Shown piece after piece: positions 10,684 to 20,591 of a stretch of DNA of 64,000 nt. The DNA is taken from NCBI GenBank assembly GCA_902614235.1, contig CACMKG010000001.1, positions 212,401 to 276,400 on the forward strand, read 5' to 3'. Source of the DNA: an uncultured SAR86 cluster bacterium. GTDB taxonomy: Bacteria; Pseudomonadota; Gammaproteobacteria; Magnimaribacterales; AG-339-G14. The notes below the pieces were generated by a model. It had not been told where the DNA came from. It did not search any database and saw nothing but the letters and a program-made list of their open reading frames with translations. Numbering within the stretch: position 1 is the stretch's first letter; every line of letters starts with the position of its first letter. Made by a program: the position numbers and the translations under genes.

Positions 10684-12112
10684 TATGAAAATTGCTATTT
10701 TGTTGGAATTTATTAGAAAGATTAAATAAATTTCCTTCCTCTAAATAATTTCCAATAAATTGTATGCCCAAAGGTAATTTTTTTATTTTTCCAGAGGGAA
10801 TAGATATTGCAGGCAAACCAGCTAAGTTAGCAGGGATTGTATAGATATCCTGTTCATACATCTCTACTGGATTTTGAATAGAATTTAATTTGAACGAAAC
10901 GTTCGCACATGTCGGCATCATTATGGAAGATACTTCTTTAAAAGCATTCACAAAACTCTGCTTAATCAAATTTCTAATTTTTTGAGCTTTAATATAGTAA
11001 GCATCATAGTAACCAGCCGAAAGACAATATGTTCCAATTAATATCCTTTTTTTTACTTCTTCTCCAAAACCTTCAGCTCTAGAGCGTTCATACAAATCTT
11101 CTAAATCTTTTGGATTATCGCATCTATGGCCAAACCTCACACCATCATACCTAGATAAATTTGCAGAACATTCTGCAGGAGCTATCACATAATAAACAGG
11201 TAGAGAGTATTGAATATTTTTAAGATCAATCTCTTTAACTTTTACTCCCGATTTTTTAAGAATTTCTAAAGATTCATAAAAGTTATTCTTTACCTTGTCA
11301 TCTTTAATATTTTCAATAATATCTTTTGGAATACCTACAATGTGTTCTTTATCTTTAGATTCAGCTTCATTAAGAAAAGAAGGTACTTTTGTATTTATAG
11401 AAGTAGAATCTTTTTCATCAAATCCTGCAATATTTTCTAAGGCTAGAGCTGCATCTAAAGCATTCTTAGCAAATATACCTCCTTGATCAAGACTAGAAGC
11501 AAAAGCTATCATCCCCCATCTAGAAACCCTGCCATAAGTTGGCTTTATACCTGTAATTCCGCAAAATGCAGCTGGCTGCCTTATAGAGCCGCCGGTATCT
11601 GTTCCAGTAGCGAAAGAACATAAATTTGCAGCAACAGCAGAAGCAGATCCTCCTGAAGAGCCTCCCGGCACTCTTTCAGGATCTATTGGATTTAATACAT
11701 TCCCAAAGAAACTTGTTTCATTAGAGGAACCCATAGCAAATTCATCCATATTTGTTTTACCCAAGTTCACAGTACCTGAATTTGATAGCTTTTCATAAAC
11801 AGTGGATGAATATGGAGACACAAAGTTTTCAAGCATTTTGGAGCCACAAGTTGTTATCTGATCTTTAATACAAAATATATCTTTGTGAGCAATAGGAATT
11901 CCCTCTAAGCTTGAATTTTTATTTTTGGCAATTTTTTCATCAGATTTTTTTGCTTCCTTCAGTGCATTTTCATTTAATGATATGAAAGAATTTAAAGCCT
12001 TTTCTTGATCGATCTTTTTTAAATAAAATTCAGTAAGTTCCATAGAGGAAAATTTTCTTGATTTCAAACCATTAATTTGATCAATAAGACTTAACTTTGA
12101 TAAATCTTCCAT
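10676..12112 (-). CDS. gatA: Asp/Glu-tRNA amidotransferase subunit A
   Basis: Amidase signature GGSSGGSASAVA. I moved the start from the ORF-track 12181 to the ATG at 12112 (MEDLSKLSLIDQ..), which lies 1 nt after the gatC stop. Confidence 0.92.
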   Translation of the reverse strand: MEDLSKLSLIDQINGLKSRKFSSMELTEFYLKKIDQEKALNSFISLNENALKEAKKSDEKIAKNKNSSLEGIPIAHKDIFCIKDQITTCGSKMLENFVSPYSSTVYEKLSNSGTVNLGKTNMDEFAMGSSNETSFFGNVLNPIDPERVPGGSSGGSASAVAANLCSFATGTDTGGSIRQPAAFCGITGIKPTYGRVSRWGMIAFASSLDQGGIFAKNALDAALALENIAGFDEKDSTSINTKVPSFLNEAESKDKEHIVGIPKDIIENIKDDKVKNNFYESLEILKKSGVKVKEIDLKNIQYSLPVYYVIAPAECSANLSRYDGVRFGHRCDNPKDLEDLYERSRAEGFGEEVKKRILIGTYCLSAGYYDAYYIKAQKIRNLIKQSFVNAFKEVSSIMMPTCANVSFKLNSIQNPVEMYEQDIYTIPANLAGLPAISIPSGKIKKLPLGIQFIGNYLEEGNLFNLSNKFQQNSNFHNE

Positions 12113-12113
12113 A

Positions 12114-12401
12114 TTATTCAATAACTTTCGGAGTGAGGTAAAAACCGTCGTCCGTTTGTGGTGCGGATTTTTGATATTCATCCCGTTTAATCTCTTTAGT
12201 TGCTTTATCTTTTCTTAAATTATCGGCTTCTTCCAAAGGATGACTCATTGGTTCAATTCCTGAGGTATCAATTTTGTTCATTTCTCCAACCATCTCTAAA
12301 ATAGACTCTAAATCTTTAACCAAATCAGACTTGATTTTTTCGTCAATTCTAATTTTTGATAAAGAAGATATGTTGTTTAGTATTTCTTCGGAAATTTTCA
12401 T
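12114..12401 (-). CDS. gatC: Asp/Glu-tRNA amidotransferase subunit C
   Basis: 95 aa. First gene of gatCAB, divergent from mreB as in Pseudomonas. Confidence 0.88.
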   Translation of the reverse strand: MKISEEILNNISSLSKIRIDEKIKSDLVKDLESILEMVGEMNKIDTSGIEPMSHPLEEADNLRKDKATKEIKRDEYQKSAPQTDDGFYLTPKVIE

Positions 12402-12467
12402 TTGTATAGATAAAAAGGTTATTATACCAATTGAAAAAAAACTTTTTGATAGATAAGTTAATTTGCA

Positions 12468-13514
12468 ATGGCCTCAATTTTTAAATATTTAAAAGGTTTC
12501 TATTCTACTGATCTTTCTATAGATTTGGGAACCGCTAACACTTTGGTCTTTGTGAAAGACAAAGGAATAGTTTTAGACGAACCATCAGTAGTTGCTATAA
12601 AAAAAGCAGATGGACATAGGACAGTAGTAGCTGTTGGCTCGGAAGCTAAAAGGATGCTCGGAAGAGTTCCCGGAAATATAGAGGCTATAAGACCTCTCAA
12701 AGATGGTGTTATTGCGGATTTTCAAGTAACAGAGAAAATGCTTCAGCACTTCATCCAACTAGTCCATGGTGAAAACTTTTTTAAGCCAAGTCCAAGAATT
12801 CTGATATGCGTGCCTTGTCAATCAACTCAGGTTGAAAGAAGAGCCATTAGAGAATCTGCTCTGCAAGCTGGAGCTCGAGAAGTGAGACTAATAGAGGAAC
12901 CAATGGCAGCTGCTATAGGCGCTGGATTACCCGTTGAAGATGCATCTGGTTCTATGGTGGTTGATATAGGTGGAGGGACTACAGAAATTGCAATTTTAGC
13001 TCTTAATGGAGTTGTCTTTTCTAGCTCTTTGAAAACTGGAGGAGATAGGTTTAATGAATCTATAGTTTCTTACCTTCGAAGAAAATATGGAGTATTGATA
13101 GGAGAATCAACCGCTGAAAGAATAAAAGAAAAAATTGGATGCGCATCTTCTGATAGTGAAGAGCTAAATCTCGAAGTAAGAGGGAGGAATTTAGCAGAAG
13201 GGGTTCCTAATACTCTTAACTTGAGCAGCAAAGAAGTTTACGAGGCAATTTCTGGACCTTTATCAGCTATATTGCAGTCTATTAGAAATGCTCTAGAGCA
13301 GTCTCCTCCGGAATTGAGTGCAGATATTTCTGAAAGAGGTATTGTTCTGACTGGTGGAGGAGCACTACTTAGAGATTTGGATATTATGATTTCGGACCAA
13401 ACTGGAATTCCTGTTTATGTAGCTGAAGATCCATTAACGTGTGTGGCTAAAGGAGGAGGAATAGCACTTGATATATTAGATAAATATGACGTAGATCTTT
13501 TGTCTACTGAGTAA
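12468..13514 (+). CDS. mreB: Rod-shape determining actin homolog MreB
   Basis: 348 aa. Contains [16 protein letters not shown] and LTGGGALL. Confidence 0.96.
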   Translation: MASIFKYLKGFYSTDLSIDLGTANTLVFVKDKGIVLDEPSVVAIKKADGHRTVVAVGSEAKRMLGRVPGNIEAIRPLKDGVIADFQVTEKMLQHFIQLVHGENFFKPSPRILICVPCQSTQVERRAIRESALQAGAREVRLIEEPMAAAIGAGLPVEDASGSMVVDIGGGTTEIAILALNGVVFSSSLKTGGDRFNESIVSYLRRKYGVLIGESTAERIKEKIGCASSDSEELNLEVRGRNLAEGVPNTLNLSSKEVYEAISGPLSAILQSIRNALEQSPPELSADISERGIVLTGGGALLRDLDIMISDQTGIPVYVAEDPLTCVAKGGGIALDILDKYDVDLLSTE

Positions 13515-13521
13515 ATTTAAT

Positions 13522-14370
13522 ATGTTCCAAAAAGAACACAAACAAACTTCAATAGCAAGTAACGCAATCTTCACTACTGGCTCTATGAGAGCATCGAAAC
13601 TTCTTCCTTCTCTTATTTTTACAATCTTTATTCTAATTTTAGATATTAATTTTAGTCTTGGTAAGGAAATTAAATCTGCATTTTTAGAAAGCTTTTCTCC
13701 CATAAGTAATTTATCGCAATCTACCACTGAGTTATCAAAAGAGATCAGTCTTTTTTTTACTTCACAATATAAACTTGTTAACGATCTCGAAGAAAAGAAT
13801 AACGAAATCGAAAAATTAAATTTTGAGCTTCTTAAATTAGAACAATTATCAAAAGAAAATGAAGAGCTATTAGAGATAATGGGTTATACAAAAAAACAAA
13901 CTATTTCTAAATCAGTAATAGGAGAGATTATTGATATGTCTTATTTTCCAAAAGAATCAATTAGTATAAAAACTAATATAGCTGAGATCTCAGAAGAAAT
14001 GGTGGCTTTAAGTTTAAATGGTCTGGTTGGAATAATAGATCAAATTTTTCCAAGCTATGTCAAAGTAATTCCAATTTATGAAAAAAAGGTCAATATTCCT
14101 GGGGTAATACAGAGAACAAACCAAAATATTATTCTTGAAGGAATTGGAGAGCAAAATAAATTACTAATTAAAAATTTTAAGAAAAACTCAAATATATTAT
14201 TAGAAGATAAGGTTTTCACCTCCGGATTAGGGGGAAAATATCCTAAAGGTTTCTTAATTGGTATAGTAAATAAAATTTCCGCTTCTAAAGATGATTCTAT
14301 TCTAGAAGTAGAAGTACAATCATTGTCAAATTTTGATACTGGAACAAAAATCCTTTTTGCCAATCCATGA
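13522..14370 (+). CDS. mreC: Rod-shape protein MreC
   Basis: 282 aa. N-terminal TM, a coiled-coil segment and TSGLGGKYPKGFLIG. Lies between mreB and mreD. Confidence 0.8.
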   Translation: MFQKEHKQTSIASNAIFTTGSMRASKLLPSLIFTIFILILDINFSLGKEIKSAFLESFSPISNLSQSTTELSKEISLFFTSQYKLVNDLEEKNNEIEKLNFELLKLEQLSKENEELLEIMGYTKKQTISKSVIGEIIDMSYFPKESISIKTNIAEISEEMVALSLNGLVGIIDQIFPSYVKVIPIYEKKVNIPGVIQRTNQNIILEGIGEQNKLLIKNFKKNSNILLEDKVFTSGLGGKYPKGFLIGIVNKISASKDDSILEVEVQSLSNFDTGTKILFANP

Positions 14371-14873
14371 CAGAATACCTCGATAAAAAAAATAATTTTA
14401 TTTCTATATATTTCTTTATTGGAATAACAATATTAATTTCACTTGTAATAGAGATTTTTATATCAAATTTATTTAATTTATCTGTTTATCTTCCTATAAC
14501 TCTTATGTTTCTAATATATTGGAATATGGCACTTCCTAAAGATATAGGGTTAATTTGGGCAATGATATTTGGTTTTTGTTTAGACGTTAATCAAGAAATA
14601 TTATTGGGTTCTCATGTATTACTTTTTTTACTTATTTCTTACTTAACACAAAGATATTTTCATAGATTAAGAGCTCTTTACATGATTCAACAATCATTAT
14701 TCGTTGCTGTCGTTATTTTAATATATCAAATTATTTTAATTCTTTTTTTTAGTGAATTTAAAGGAAGTATCTTTTTGGAGTTGATTCTAATGACAGTTTT
14801 ATCTGCTTTTTTGTGGCCAGTTATTTTTGGAATCTTGCGGCAATTAAGAATTAAATTTATTCAATCAAGCTAA
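14367..14873 (+). CDS. mreD: Rod-shape protein MreD
   Basis: 168 aa polytopic membrane protein. ATGA overlap with mreC. Confidence 0.75.
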   Translation: MTEYLDKKNNFISIYFFIGITILISLVIEIFISNLFNLSVYLPITLMFLIYWNMALPKDIGLIWAMIFGFCLDVNQEILLGSHVLLFLLISYLTQRYFHRLRALYMIQQSLFVAVVILIYQIILILFFSEFKGSIFLELILMTVLSAFLWPVIFGILRQLRIKFIQSS

Positions 14874-16207
14874 GAATAAAAGTAGGTAGCTAGCCCAAGG
14901 AAAGAGAAAAATCCAATTACATCAGTTACTGTTGTTACGATTACACTTCCCGCAACTGCTGGATCCATTTTTAGACCTTTTAAGAGTATGGGAATTCCCA
15001 TTCCAGACAAAACACCCGCAACCAAATTGATAATCATTGATAAGCAAATTACCCATGCAAGCAACCAATCTTGAAACCATGAACAAGCTATCAAACTAAG
15101 AATAACTGCCCATATAAAACCATTAGATATTCCTACCATCAGTTCTCTGTTGAAAATATATAAATAATTTGCCCTTACTATTTGGCCTAGAGCTAAACCT
15201 CTAACAGTTATTGTAAGAGTTTGTGTCGCAGCTACTCCTCCCATACTAGCAATTATTGGCATTAAAACTGCTAAAAAAATAACTTGTTCTAAGGTTTCTT
15301 TAAAAATATTAATAACTGAGGCAGCTATTAAGGCAGTTAGTAGATTTGTTCCAAGCCAAAATCCTCTAGTCCTGATAGCGGTGCTCGTTTTTTCAAAAGT
15401 ATCACTGTCTATCCCTGAAATTTGCCTCAATGATTCGTCTGCTTCTGATTTTATTTCGTCTATGACATCGTCAAAGGTAATTCTACCTAATAAATTATTT
15501 TGATTATCTGTCACTGGTGCAGAAATTAAATCATTTTTCTCAAAGACTCTTATTACTTCTGATGATTCTGAATAAACATTTATAGAATTGGTCTCGTCTT
15601 CCATTAAATCCTTCACTAGCTTATCAGGAGAGTTAGTTAATATTTTAGAGATAGAAAGTATTCCTCTAAATTTATTCGTCTTACTTACAACGAAAAGACT
15701 ATCTGTTGCCTCGGGGAAATTTTTTTTTATTCTCAAGTACCTCATTACCACTTCTAAAGTATGATTAGGCCTTATTAAAATAAGGTCAGTGTTCATCAGC
15801 CCGCCAGCAGTATTTTCAGGATAATCTAAGACTTTTTTGATTAGTTGCCTATTTTGATCAGTCATAGCATCTAATACTTCAGCCGTTACTGTTTCTGGAA
15901 GATCTTGAAGAATGTCTGCTATTTCATCTGGTTCAAGATTTTTTATAACTTCAGCTACTTCGACAGGATCCATAAAAGAAAGAACCATTTCTCTTACTTC
16001 GTCAGAGAGATTACTTAAAACTTCTCCCTCAATATTTTCATCGATCAATTGCCAAATTATTGCTCTATTATTTGGGGAGCTAGACTCTATCAGGATTGCA
16101 ATATCATATGGCGGTATGTCATTAAACATCCTTTTTAAATTTTTGAATTCTCCCTTTGATAATTCTTCTTGAACAAAACTTATATTTAAATTTGACGCAT
16201 TATTCAT
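14870..16207 (-). CDS. mgtE: Magnesium transporter MgtE
   Basis: 445 aa. MgtE N-domain, tandem CBS region and a 5-TM C-terminal domain. Its start overlaps (ATGA) the stop of the rpoN-remnant ORF. Confidence 0.9.
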   Translation of the reverse strand: MNNASNLNISFVQEELSKGEFKNLKRMFNDIPPYDIAILIESSSPNNRAIIWQLIDENIEGEVLSNLSDEVREMVLSFMDPVEVAEVIKNLEPDEIADILQDLPETVTAEVLDAMTDQNRQLIKKVLDYPENTAGGLMNTDLILIRPNHTLEVVMRYLRIKKNFPEATDSLFVVSKTNKFRGILSISKILTNSPDKLVKDLMEDETNSINVYSESSEVIRVFEKNDLISAPVTDNQNNLLGRITFDDVIDEIKSEADESLRQISGIDSDTFEKTSTAIRTRGFWLGTNLLTALIAASVINIFKETLEQVIFLAVLMPIIASMGGVAATQTLTITVRGLALGQIVRANYLYIFNRELMVGISNGFIWAVILSLIACSWFQDWLLAWVICLSMIINLVAGVLSGMGIPILLKGLKMDPAVAGSVIVTTVTDVIGFFSFLGLATYFYS

Positions 16208-16440
16208 TTTCTATTTATAGAAGAAGGTATATTTAGTTCCTCTCTGTACTTTGCTATGGTTTTTCTGGAAACTTTAGTATTAAATTCTGAATTAAATATA
16301 TTAGAAAGTTCTTCGTCTGATTTTTTTTTAATTCCTTCTTTTTTGATCTCATCTTTAAGAAATTCGTAAATTTTAGTTCTAAGACTTTTTTTAATCTGCA
16401 ATTGATTGGTATAAAAATTCTTTTTTTTCATTAACTTCAT
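16204..16440 (-). CDS. Sigma-54 (RpoN) C-terminal RpoN-box domain only; either a gene remnant or a stand-alone mini-protein
   Basis: 78 aa. SDEELSNIFNSEFNTKVSRKTIAKYREELNIPSSINRK aligns with the E. coli sigma-54 C-terminus [37 protein letters not shown] (from memory). Sits in the canonical rpoN slot after lptB. ATGA overlaps on both sides. Confidence 0.6.
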   Translation of the reverse strand: MKLMKKKNFYTNQLQIKKSLRTKIYEFLKDEIKKEGIKKKSDEELSNIFNSEFNTKVSRKTIAKYREELNIPSSINRK

Positions 16441-17144
16441 TCACCTAAATAAGTCTTTTTAACTATTTCATTATTGGAAACTTCATCAGGAGTTCCTTTT
16501 GAGATTATTGAGCCTTCGCTAATAATAAAAATTTCGCTGCAGATATCCATTGTTGCTTTAACATTATGATCACTAATTAAAATACCTAATCCTTTACTAG
16601 AGAGTTTTTTTATTAAGTTTTTTAATTCGAGAATTGCTATTGGGTCAATTCCTGCGAATGGCTCATCGAGCATTATAAATTTAGGATTTAAAGCAATTGA
16701 TCTCGCAATTTCTACTCTTCTTCTCTGCCCCCCAGACAATTCGCCTCCTTTTTGTGATGTGATAGAACCAATGTCAAAGTCTTCAATAATTTCTTCTGTC
16801 CTTGAACTTAGCTCTCTTTGATCTAATTTTTGCGCCTCAAAAGCAGACTTGATATTATCTAAAACAGTTAAATTTCTGAAAATAGAAGGCTCCTGAGGTA
16901 AATAAACAATTCCTAGATTTGCTCTTTCTCTAATTGTTTTATTCGTAATAACTTTTTGATTAAAAATAATTTCCCCTTCAGAAGGCTGAAGAAGTCCTGC
17001 CAATATATAAAAAAATGTAGTTTTTCCTGCTCCATTCGGCCCAAGCAAACCACTAATGCTGTTGATGCTTATCTCTGTATCGATAAATTGCAAAATTGTT
17101 TTTTTGCCATAATGCTTAGAGATCTTTTTTGTTTTTAAAATCAT
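16437..17144 (-). CDS. lptB: LPS export ABC transporter ATPase LptB
   Basis: 235 aa. Walker A GPNGAGKTT, signature LSGGQRRR, Walker B IMLDEP. Confidence 0.93.
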   Translation of the reverse strand: MILKTKKISKHYGKKTILQFIDTEISINSISGLLGPNGAGKTTFFYILAGLLQPSEGEIIFNQKVITNKTIRERANLGIVYLPQEPSIFRNLTVLDNIKSAFEAQKLDQRELSSRTEEIIEDFDIGSITSQKGGELSGGQRRRVEIARSIALNPKFIMLDEPFAGIDPIAILELKNLIKKLSSKGLGILISDHNVKATMDICSEIFIISEGSIISKGTPDEVSNNEIVKKTYLGE

Positions 17145-17691
17145 TAATTTTATTAATACTTATTTTATCACTTTTCATGATTGACTTTTCTTTGGTGTTT
17201 ATTTCAATATTTTGTCCTTTGTATTCTTTTTCATCAAAAATAAGCATTAAATTCTTACTAAAAGAAATTCTATTTTCTAGAAAATAAAAATTCATTTCAT
17301 CAGCTTCGCCGGTGAATGGTTGATTTAGATACATTCCTTTAAAAATAATTTTGCTCGGTATAAATAATTCTTCAGTACCATAATTTAATTCTGAACTCTC
17401 AGAAATAATCTCAACCTCAATTTCAGAATTTTTTATATTAATAATTGGATTAAAAATATCTAAAATTTTAGAATTAGATAATCCATTAATCATTTTACTT
17501 TTTAAAGTTACGTCAATGTCAGACTCAAAAAAATTGAGTTTGAGATTTATATCTTTAGCTTGAAATATGTTTAAATTTTGATTCTTTTTTGATTGATCAG
17601 TTTCAGAATCAATATAGTAAGAAGTTAGGAAAAATGTAAGTGCGATCAACGCCAATAGCAAGACAATATAAACTGAGATTTGTTTGTACAT
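17116..17691 (-). CDS. lptC: LptC-like membrane-anchored LPS transport protein
   Basis: 191 aa. Single N-terminal TM anchor followed by a beta-rich periplasmic domain. Lies between kdsD and lptB and overlaps lptB by 29 nt. Assigned mainly by position and architecture. Confidence 0.55.
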   Translation of the reverse strand: MYKQISVYIVLLLALIALTFFLTSYYIDSETDQSKKNQNLNIFQAKDINLKLNFFESDIDVTLKSKMINGLSNSKILDIFNPIINIKNSEIEVEIISESSELNYGTEELFIPSKIIFKGMYLNQPFTGEADEMNFYFLENRISFSKNLMLIFDEKEYKGQNIEINTKEKSIMKSDKISINKINDFKNKKDL

Positions 17692-18668
17692 TAAATGATC
17701 TTCGCTTCAATAATATCGTGCATTCTGATGATTCCTTCTACTCTACCTTTTTCGTCTTTAACAACAAGAGAATAAATTTTATATTTATTCATTTGATCAA
17801 TAGCGTTTTTAATTTGCATGTTTTTGTTAATTGCTTGAAATTTTCTTGTCATCAAAGCATTGATTTTTAAATCTTCAATATTAGAATTTTTATTCAGTAA
17901 TCTTCTAAGATCACCATCTGTAAATAATCCAATTATTTTTCTTTTACTATCTTTTACAAGTGTAAGCCCAAGACCTTTGTTTGATATTTCATAAATCACA
18001 TCTTTCATGGGTGCTGAATCGGAAATTAATGGAAGAGAATTACCAGAGATCATTAAATCTTTTACTTTAAGAAGACTTTTGCCAAGTTTTCCGCCAGGAT
18101 GATTTTTTGCAAAATCTTCTGGAGAAAATTTTCTAGCTTCGAGAATAGCTATGGCTAAGGCGTCTCCTAAAATTAACATTGCTGAGGAGCTCGTAGTAGG
18201 AGCTAAATTTAGGGGACAAGCTTCTTCCGAGATTTCTAAGTGCAAATTTAAGTTAGAGTTTTTTGCTAAGGATGATTCTTCGTTTCCCGTTATGGAAACT
18301 ATAGTTCTAACTTTTGACTTACAAGTAGGAAAAATTTGGACAATTTCTTCTGTTTCTCCAGAAAATGAAAAAATTACTAAAATATCATTTTTTTTTAGAC
18401 TACCAAGGTCACCATGACTTGCCTCTGCTGCATTCAAATAAAATGATGGTGTACCTGTACTAGAGAAAGTAGAAGAAATCTTTGCTGCTATATTGCCAGA
18501 TTTACCAATTCCCATTAAAACAATGTTACCTTTACAATTTATTATTAACTCACAAATTTCATTAAATTTATTTCGATCAATTTGATTCGGAATTTTTGCC
18601 AAAGAGCTGACTTCTTGTGCAAAAGTTTTTTTGGCTGAAGCAAAAAAATTAGGACTTTTTTTATTCAT
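17691..18668 (-). CDS. kdsD: Arabinose-5-phosphate isomerase KdsD
   Basis: 325 aa. SIS domain (GIGKSG) plus tandem CBS domains. TAATG overlap with lptC. Confidence 0.9.
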   Translation of the reverse strand: MNKKSPNFFASAKKTFAQEVSSLAKIPNQIDRNKFNEICELIINCKGNIVLMGIGKSGNIAAKISSTFSSTGTPSFYLNAAEASHGDLGSLKKNDILVIFSFSGETEEIVQIFPTCKSKVRTIVSITGNEESSLAKNSNLNLHLEISEEACPLNLAPTTSSSAMLILGDALAIAILEARKFSPEDFAKNHPGGKLGKSLLKVKDLMISGNSLPLISDSAPMKDVIYEISNKGLGLTLVKDSKRKIIGLFTDGDLRRLLNKNSNIEDLKINALMTRKFQAINKNMQIKNAIDQMNKYKIYSLVVKDEKGRVEGIIRMHDIIEAKII

Positions 18669-18721
18669 AACAGATAATTCTAACTTTTATAGTAGACTTT
18701 TTATAATAACTGATTGATTTT

Positions 18722-19315
18722 ATGCGAAAACTTCTAATATTTTTCATTTTATTTGTTTTTTCTATGGTTTCTTTTTCGGGAAATGAGGTTGAAGAATATG
18801 TTTTAAAACAACATAACAAGATCTTCAAATATATAAATGACTCAGAAAATCTTCTTAAAGAAGACAGAATCAAATTCCTAGATGGATTAGAAGATACTTT
18901 GAAAGATTTGATAATTTCTAAAGAAATCTCCAAAAGAGTTCTTGGAAAAAAAAATTACTTAATAGCGACGAAAAAGCAAAAGAATGATTTTGATTTAAAA
19001 TTTAAAAATACTCTTTTCGATACTTATTCAACAGCCTTAGTAGAAATTGATAACGCAAACATAATCATTGATTCTCATGTCCATCCTAATGAACGTTTAG
19101 ATTTAGCAATTGTCAAAATGAGTGTAAGTGTTTCTGATACAGAATTTGATTTGATTTATAAAATGAAAAAAATAGAAGGAAAATGGAGAGTCATTGGAAT
19201 GATACTAGACGGAATAGACTTGATTGCAATATTTAGAAAGCAATTTAATAAACTTCTAGCTGATTTTGATGGAAATTTTGATTTAGCAATACAAAATTGG
19301 GAATTAGATAGTTAA
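18722..19315 (+). CDS. mlaC: MlaC/Ttg2D-like periplasmic phospholipid-binding protein
   Basis: 197 aa. Signal peptide, ISKRVLGK and [22 protein letters not shown] resemble MlaC. Located upstream of murA, as in the E. coli and Pseudomonas mla-murA region. Confidence 0.68.
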   Translation: MRKLLIFFILFVFSMVSFSGNEVEEYVLKQHNKIFKYINDSENLLKEDRIKFLDGLEDTLKDLIISKEISKRVLGKKNYLIATKKQKNDFDLKFKNTLFDTYSTALVEIDNANIIIDSHVHPNERLDLAIVKMSVSVSDTEFDLIYKMKKIEGKWRVIGMILDGIDLIAIFRKQFNKLLADFDGNFDLAIQNWELDS

Positions 19316-19326
19316 AATTTCTTAAT

Positions 19327-20589
19327 ATGGATAAATTATTAATTGAAGGTGGCTTTCAACTTAATGGCTCCATTACAGCTTCAGGCGCAAAAAATTCAGC
19401 ACTGCCTATTTTAGCAAGTTCAATACTTCTTAAAGACAAACTAACTCTAAGCAACATCCCTCATTTGAACGACATTACTACAATGTTAGAAATTCTAAGT
19501 TCAATGGGTGCTTATATGACTTTTAACGAGAATATGGATATTGAAGTAAATACCAGCTTAATTAATAATCTGAAAGCTAGATATGAACTTGTCAAAACAA
19601 TGAGGGCTTCAATCCTTGTTCTAGGCCCTCTATTAGCAAGATTTCATGAAGCAGAAGTCGCATTGCCTGGAGGATGTGCAATAGGAAGTAGGCCCGTAAA
19701 TTTGCACTTGGATTGTATGAGAAAATTAGGTGCGAACATTGATACCAGTAATGGATATATTAAAGCATCAGCTAAGGGGGGATTAACAGGTGCAAATATA
19801 GAATTTTCTCAAGTAACAGTAACAGGAACAGAAAATGCAATTATGGCTGCCACCCTCGCAAAAGGCCAAACAAAAATTACCAATGCTGCAAAAGAACCAG
19901 AAGTTACAGATTTAATTAAGTGCCTAAATAAAATGGGAGCTAAAATTCAAGGGGAAGATACAGATAAGTTAATTATCGATGGAGTGAGAGAGCTGAAGCC
20001 TACAAATTTTTCCGTTATGCCTGACCGTATTGAAATAGCAACTTATCTCACTGCAACAACAATGACTGGAGGAGAAATAACTGTAAAAGCAGTTAATCCA
20101 AACACTATTGATAAAGTTCTTCAAAAATTAGAACTTGCTGGCGCCAAAATATCTAAAGATAAAGATTCGATAAGTTTAAAAATGAAGAAACTACCTAGTG
20201 CAGTAAATATTTCAACTGCTCCTTATCCTTCTTTTCCTACCGATATGCAAGCCCAATTTATTGCCATGAATTCAATTGCGAAAGGTCAGTCTGAAGTTAT
20301 AGAGAATGTGTTCGAAAATAGATTTATGCACGTTCAAGAGTTAATCAGGATGGGAGGGAAAATTGAGTTAAAAGGAAACTCAGCTATGATCGACGGAAAC
20401 CTTAACGGATTAACCTCCGCTCCCGTTATGGCAACTGACCTGAGAGCTTCGGCAAGTCTAGTTTTAGCTGGCCTGGTTGCTAAAGGAATAACTAAAGTAG
20501 ATAGAATTTATCACATAGATAGAGGATATGAGAGAATTGAAGAGAAGTTAAAACTTCTTGGAGCAAAGATAGATAGAATTTCGGAATAA
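19327..20589 (+). CDS. murA: UDP-N-acetylglucosamine 1-carboxyvinyltransferase
   Basis: 420 aa. Active-site Cys loop [12 protein letters not shown]. Confidence 0.96.
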   Translation: MDKLLIEGGFQLNGSITASGAKNSALPILASSILLKDKLTLSNIPHLNDITTMLEILSSMGAYMTFNENMDIEVNTSLINNLKARYELVKTMRASILVLGPLLARFHEAEVALPGGCAIGSRPVNLHLDCMRKLGANIDTSNGYIKASAKGGLTGANIEFSQVTVTGTENAIMAATLAKGQTKITNAAKEPEVTDLIKCLNKMGAKIQGEDTDKLIIDGVRELKPTNFSVMPDRIEIATYLTATTMTGGEITVKAVNPNTIDKVLQKLELAGAKISKDKDSISLKMKKLPSAVNISTAPYPSFPTDMQAQFIAMNSIAKGQSEVIENVFENRFMHVQELIRMGGKIELKGNSAMIDGNLNGLTSAPVMATDLRASASLVLAGLVAKGITKVDRIYHIDRGYERIEEKLKLLGAKIDRISE

Positions 20590-20591
20590 AT

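Noticed and set aside
12113-12181. Long ORF-track start for gatA (501 aa), extending 68 nt into gatC
   Set aside because: The extension (MNIKNPHHKRTTVF..) has no GatA counterpart and would overlap gatC. The internal ATG at 12112 gives the canonical N-terminus 1 nt after the gatC stop.
12402-12467. Candidate divergent promoter region between gatC and mreB (TTGAAA-17 nt-TAAGTT)
   Set aside because: The hexamer matches are weak and expected by chance in AT-rich DNA. I did not report it as a feature.
18661-18933. 90-aa minus-strand ORF bridging the kdsD start and the mlaC 5' end
   Set aside because: It overlaps the signal-peptide region of mlaC in antisense and the kdsD start codon. It has no motifs, and the gap is better explained as a divergent promoter region.
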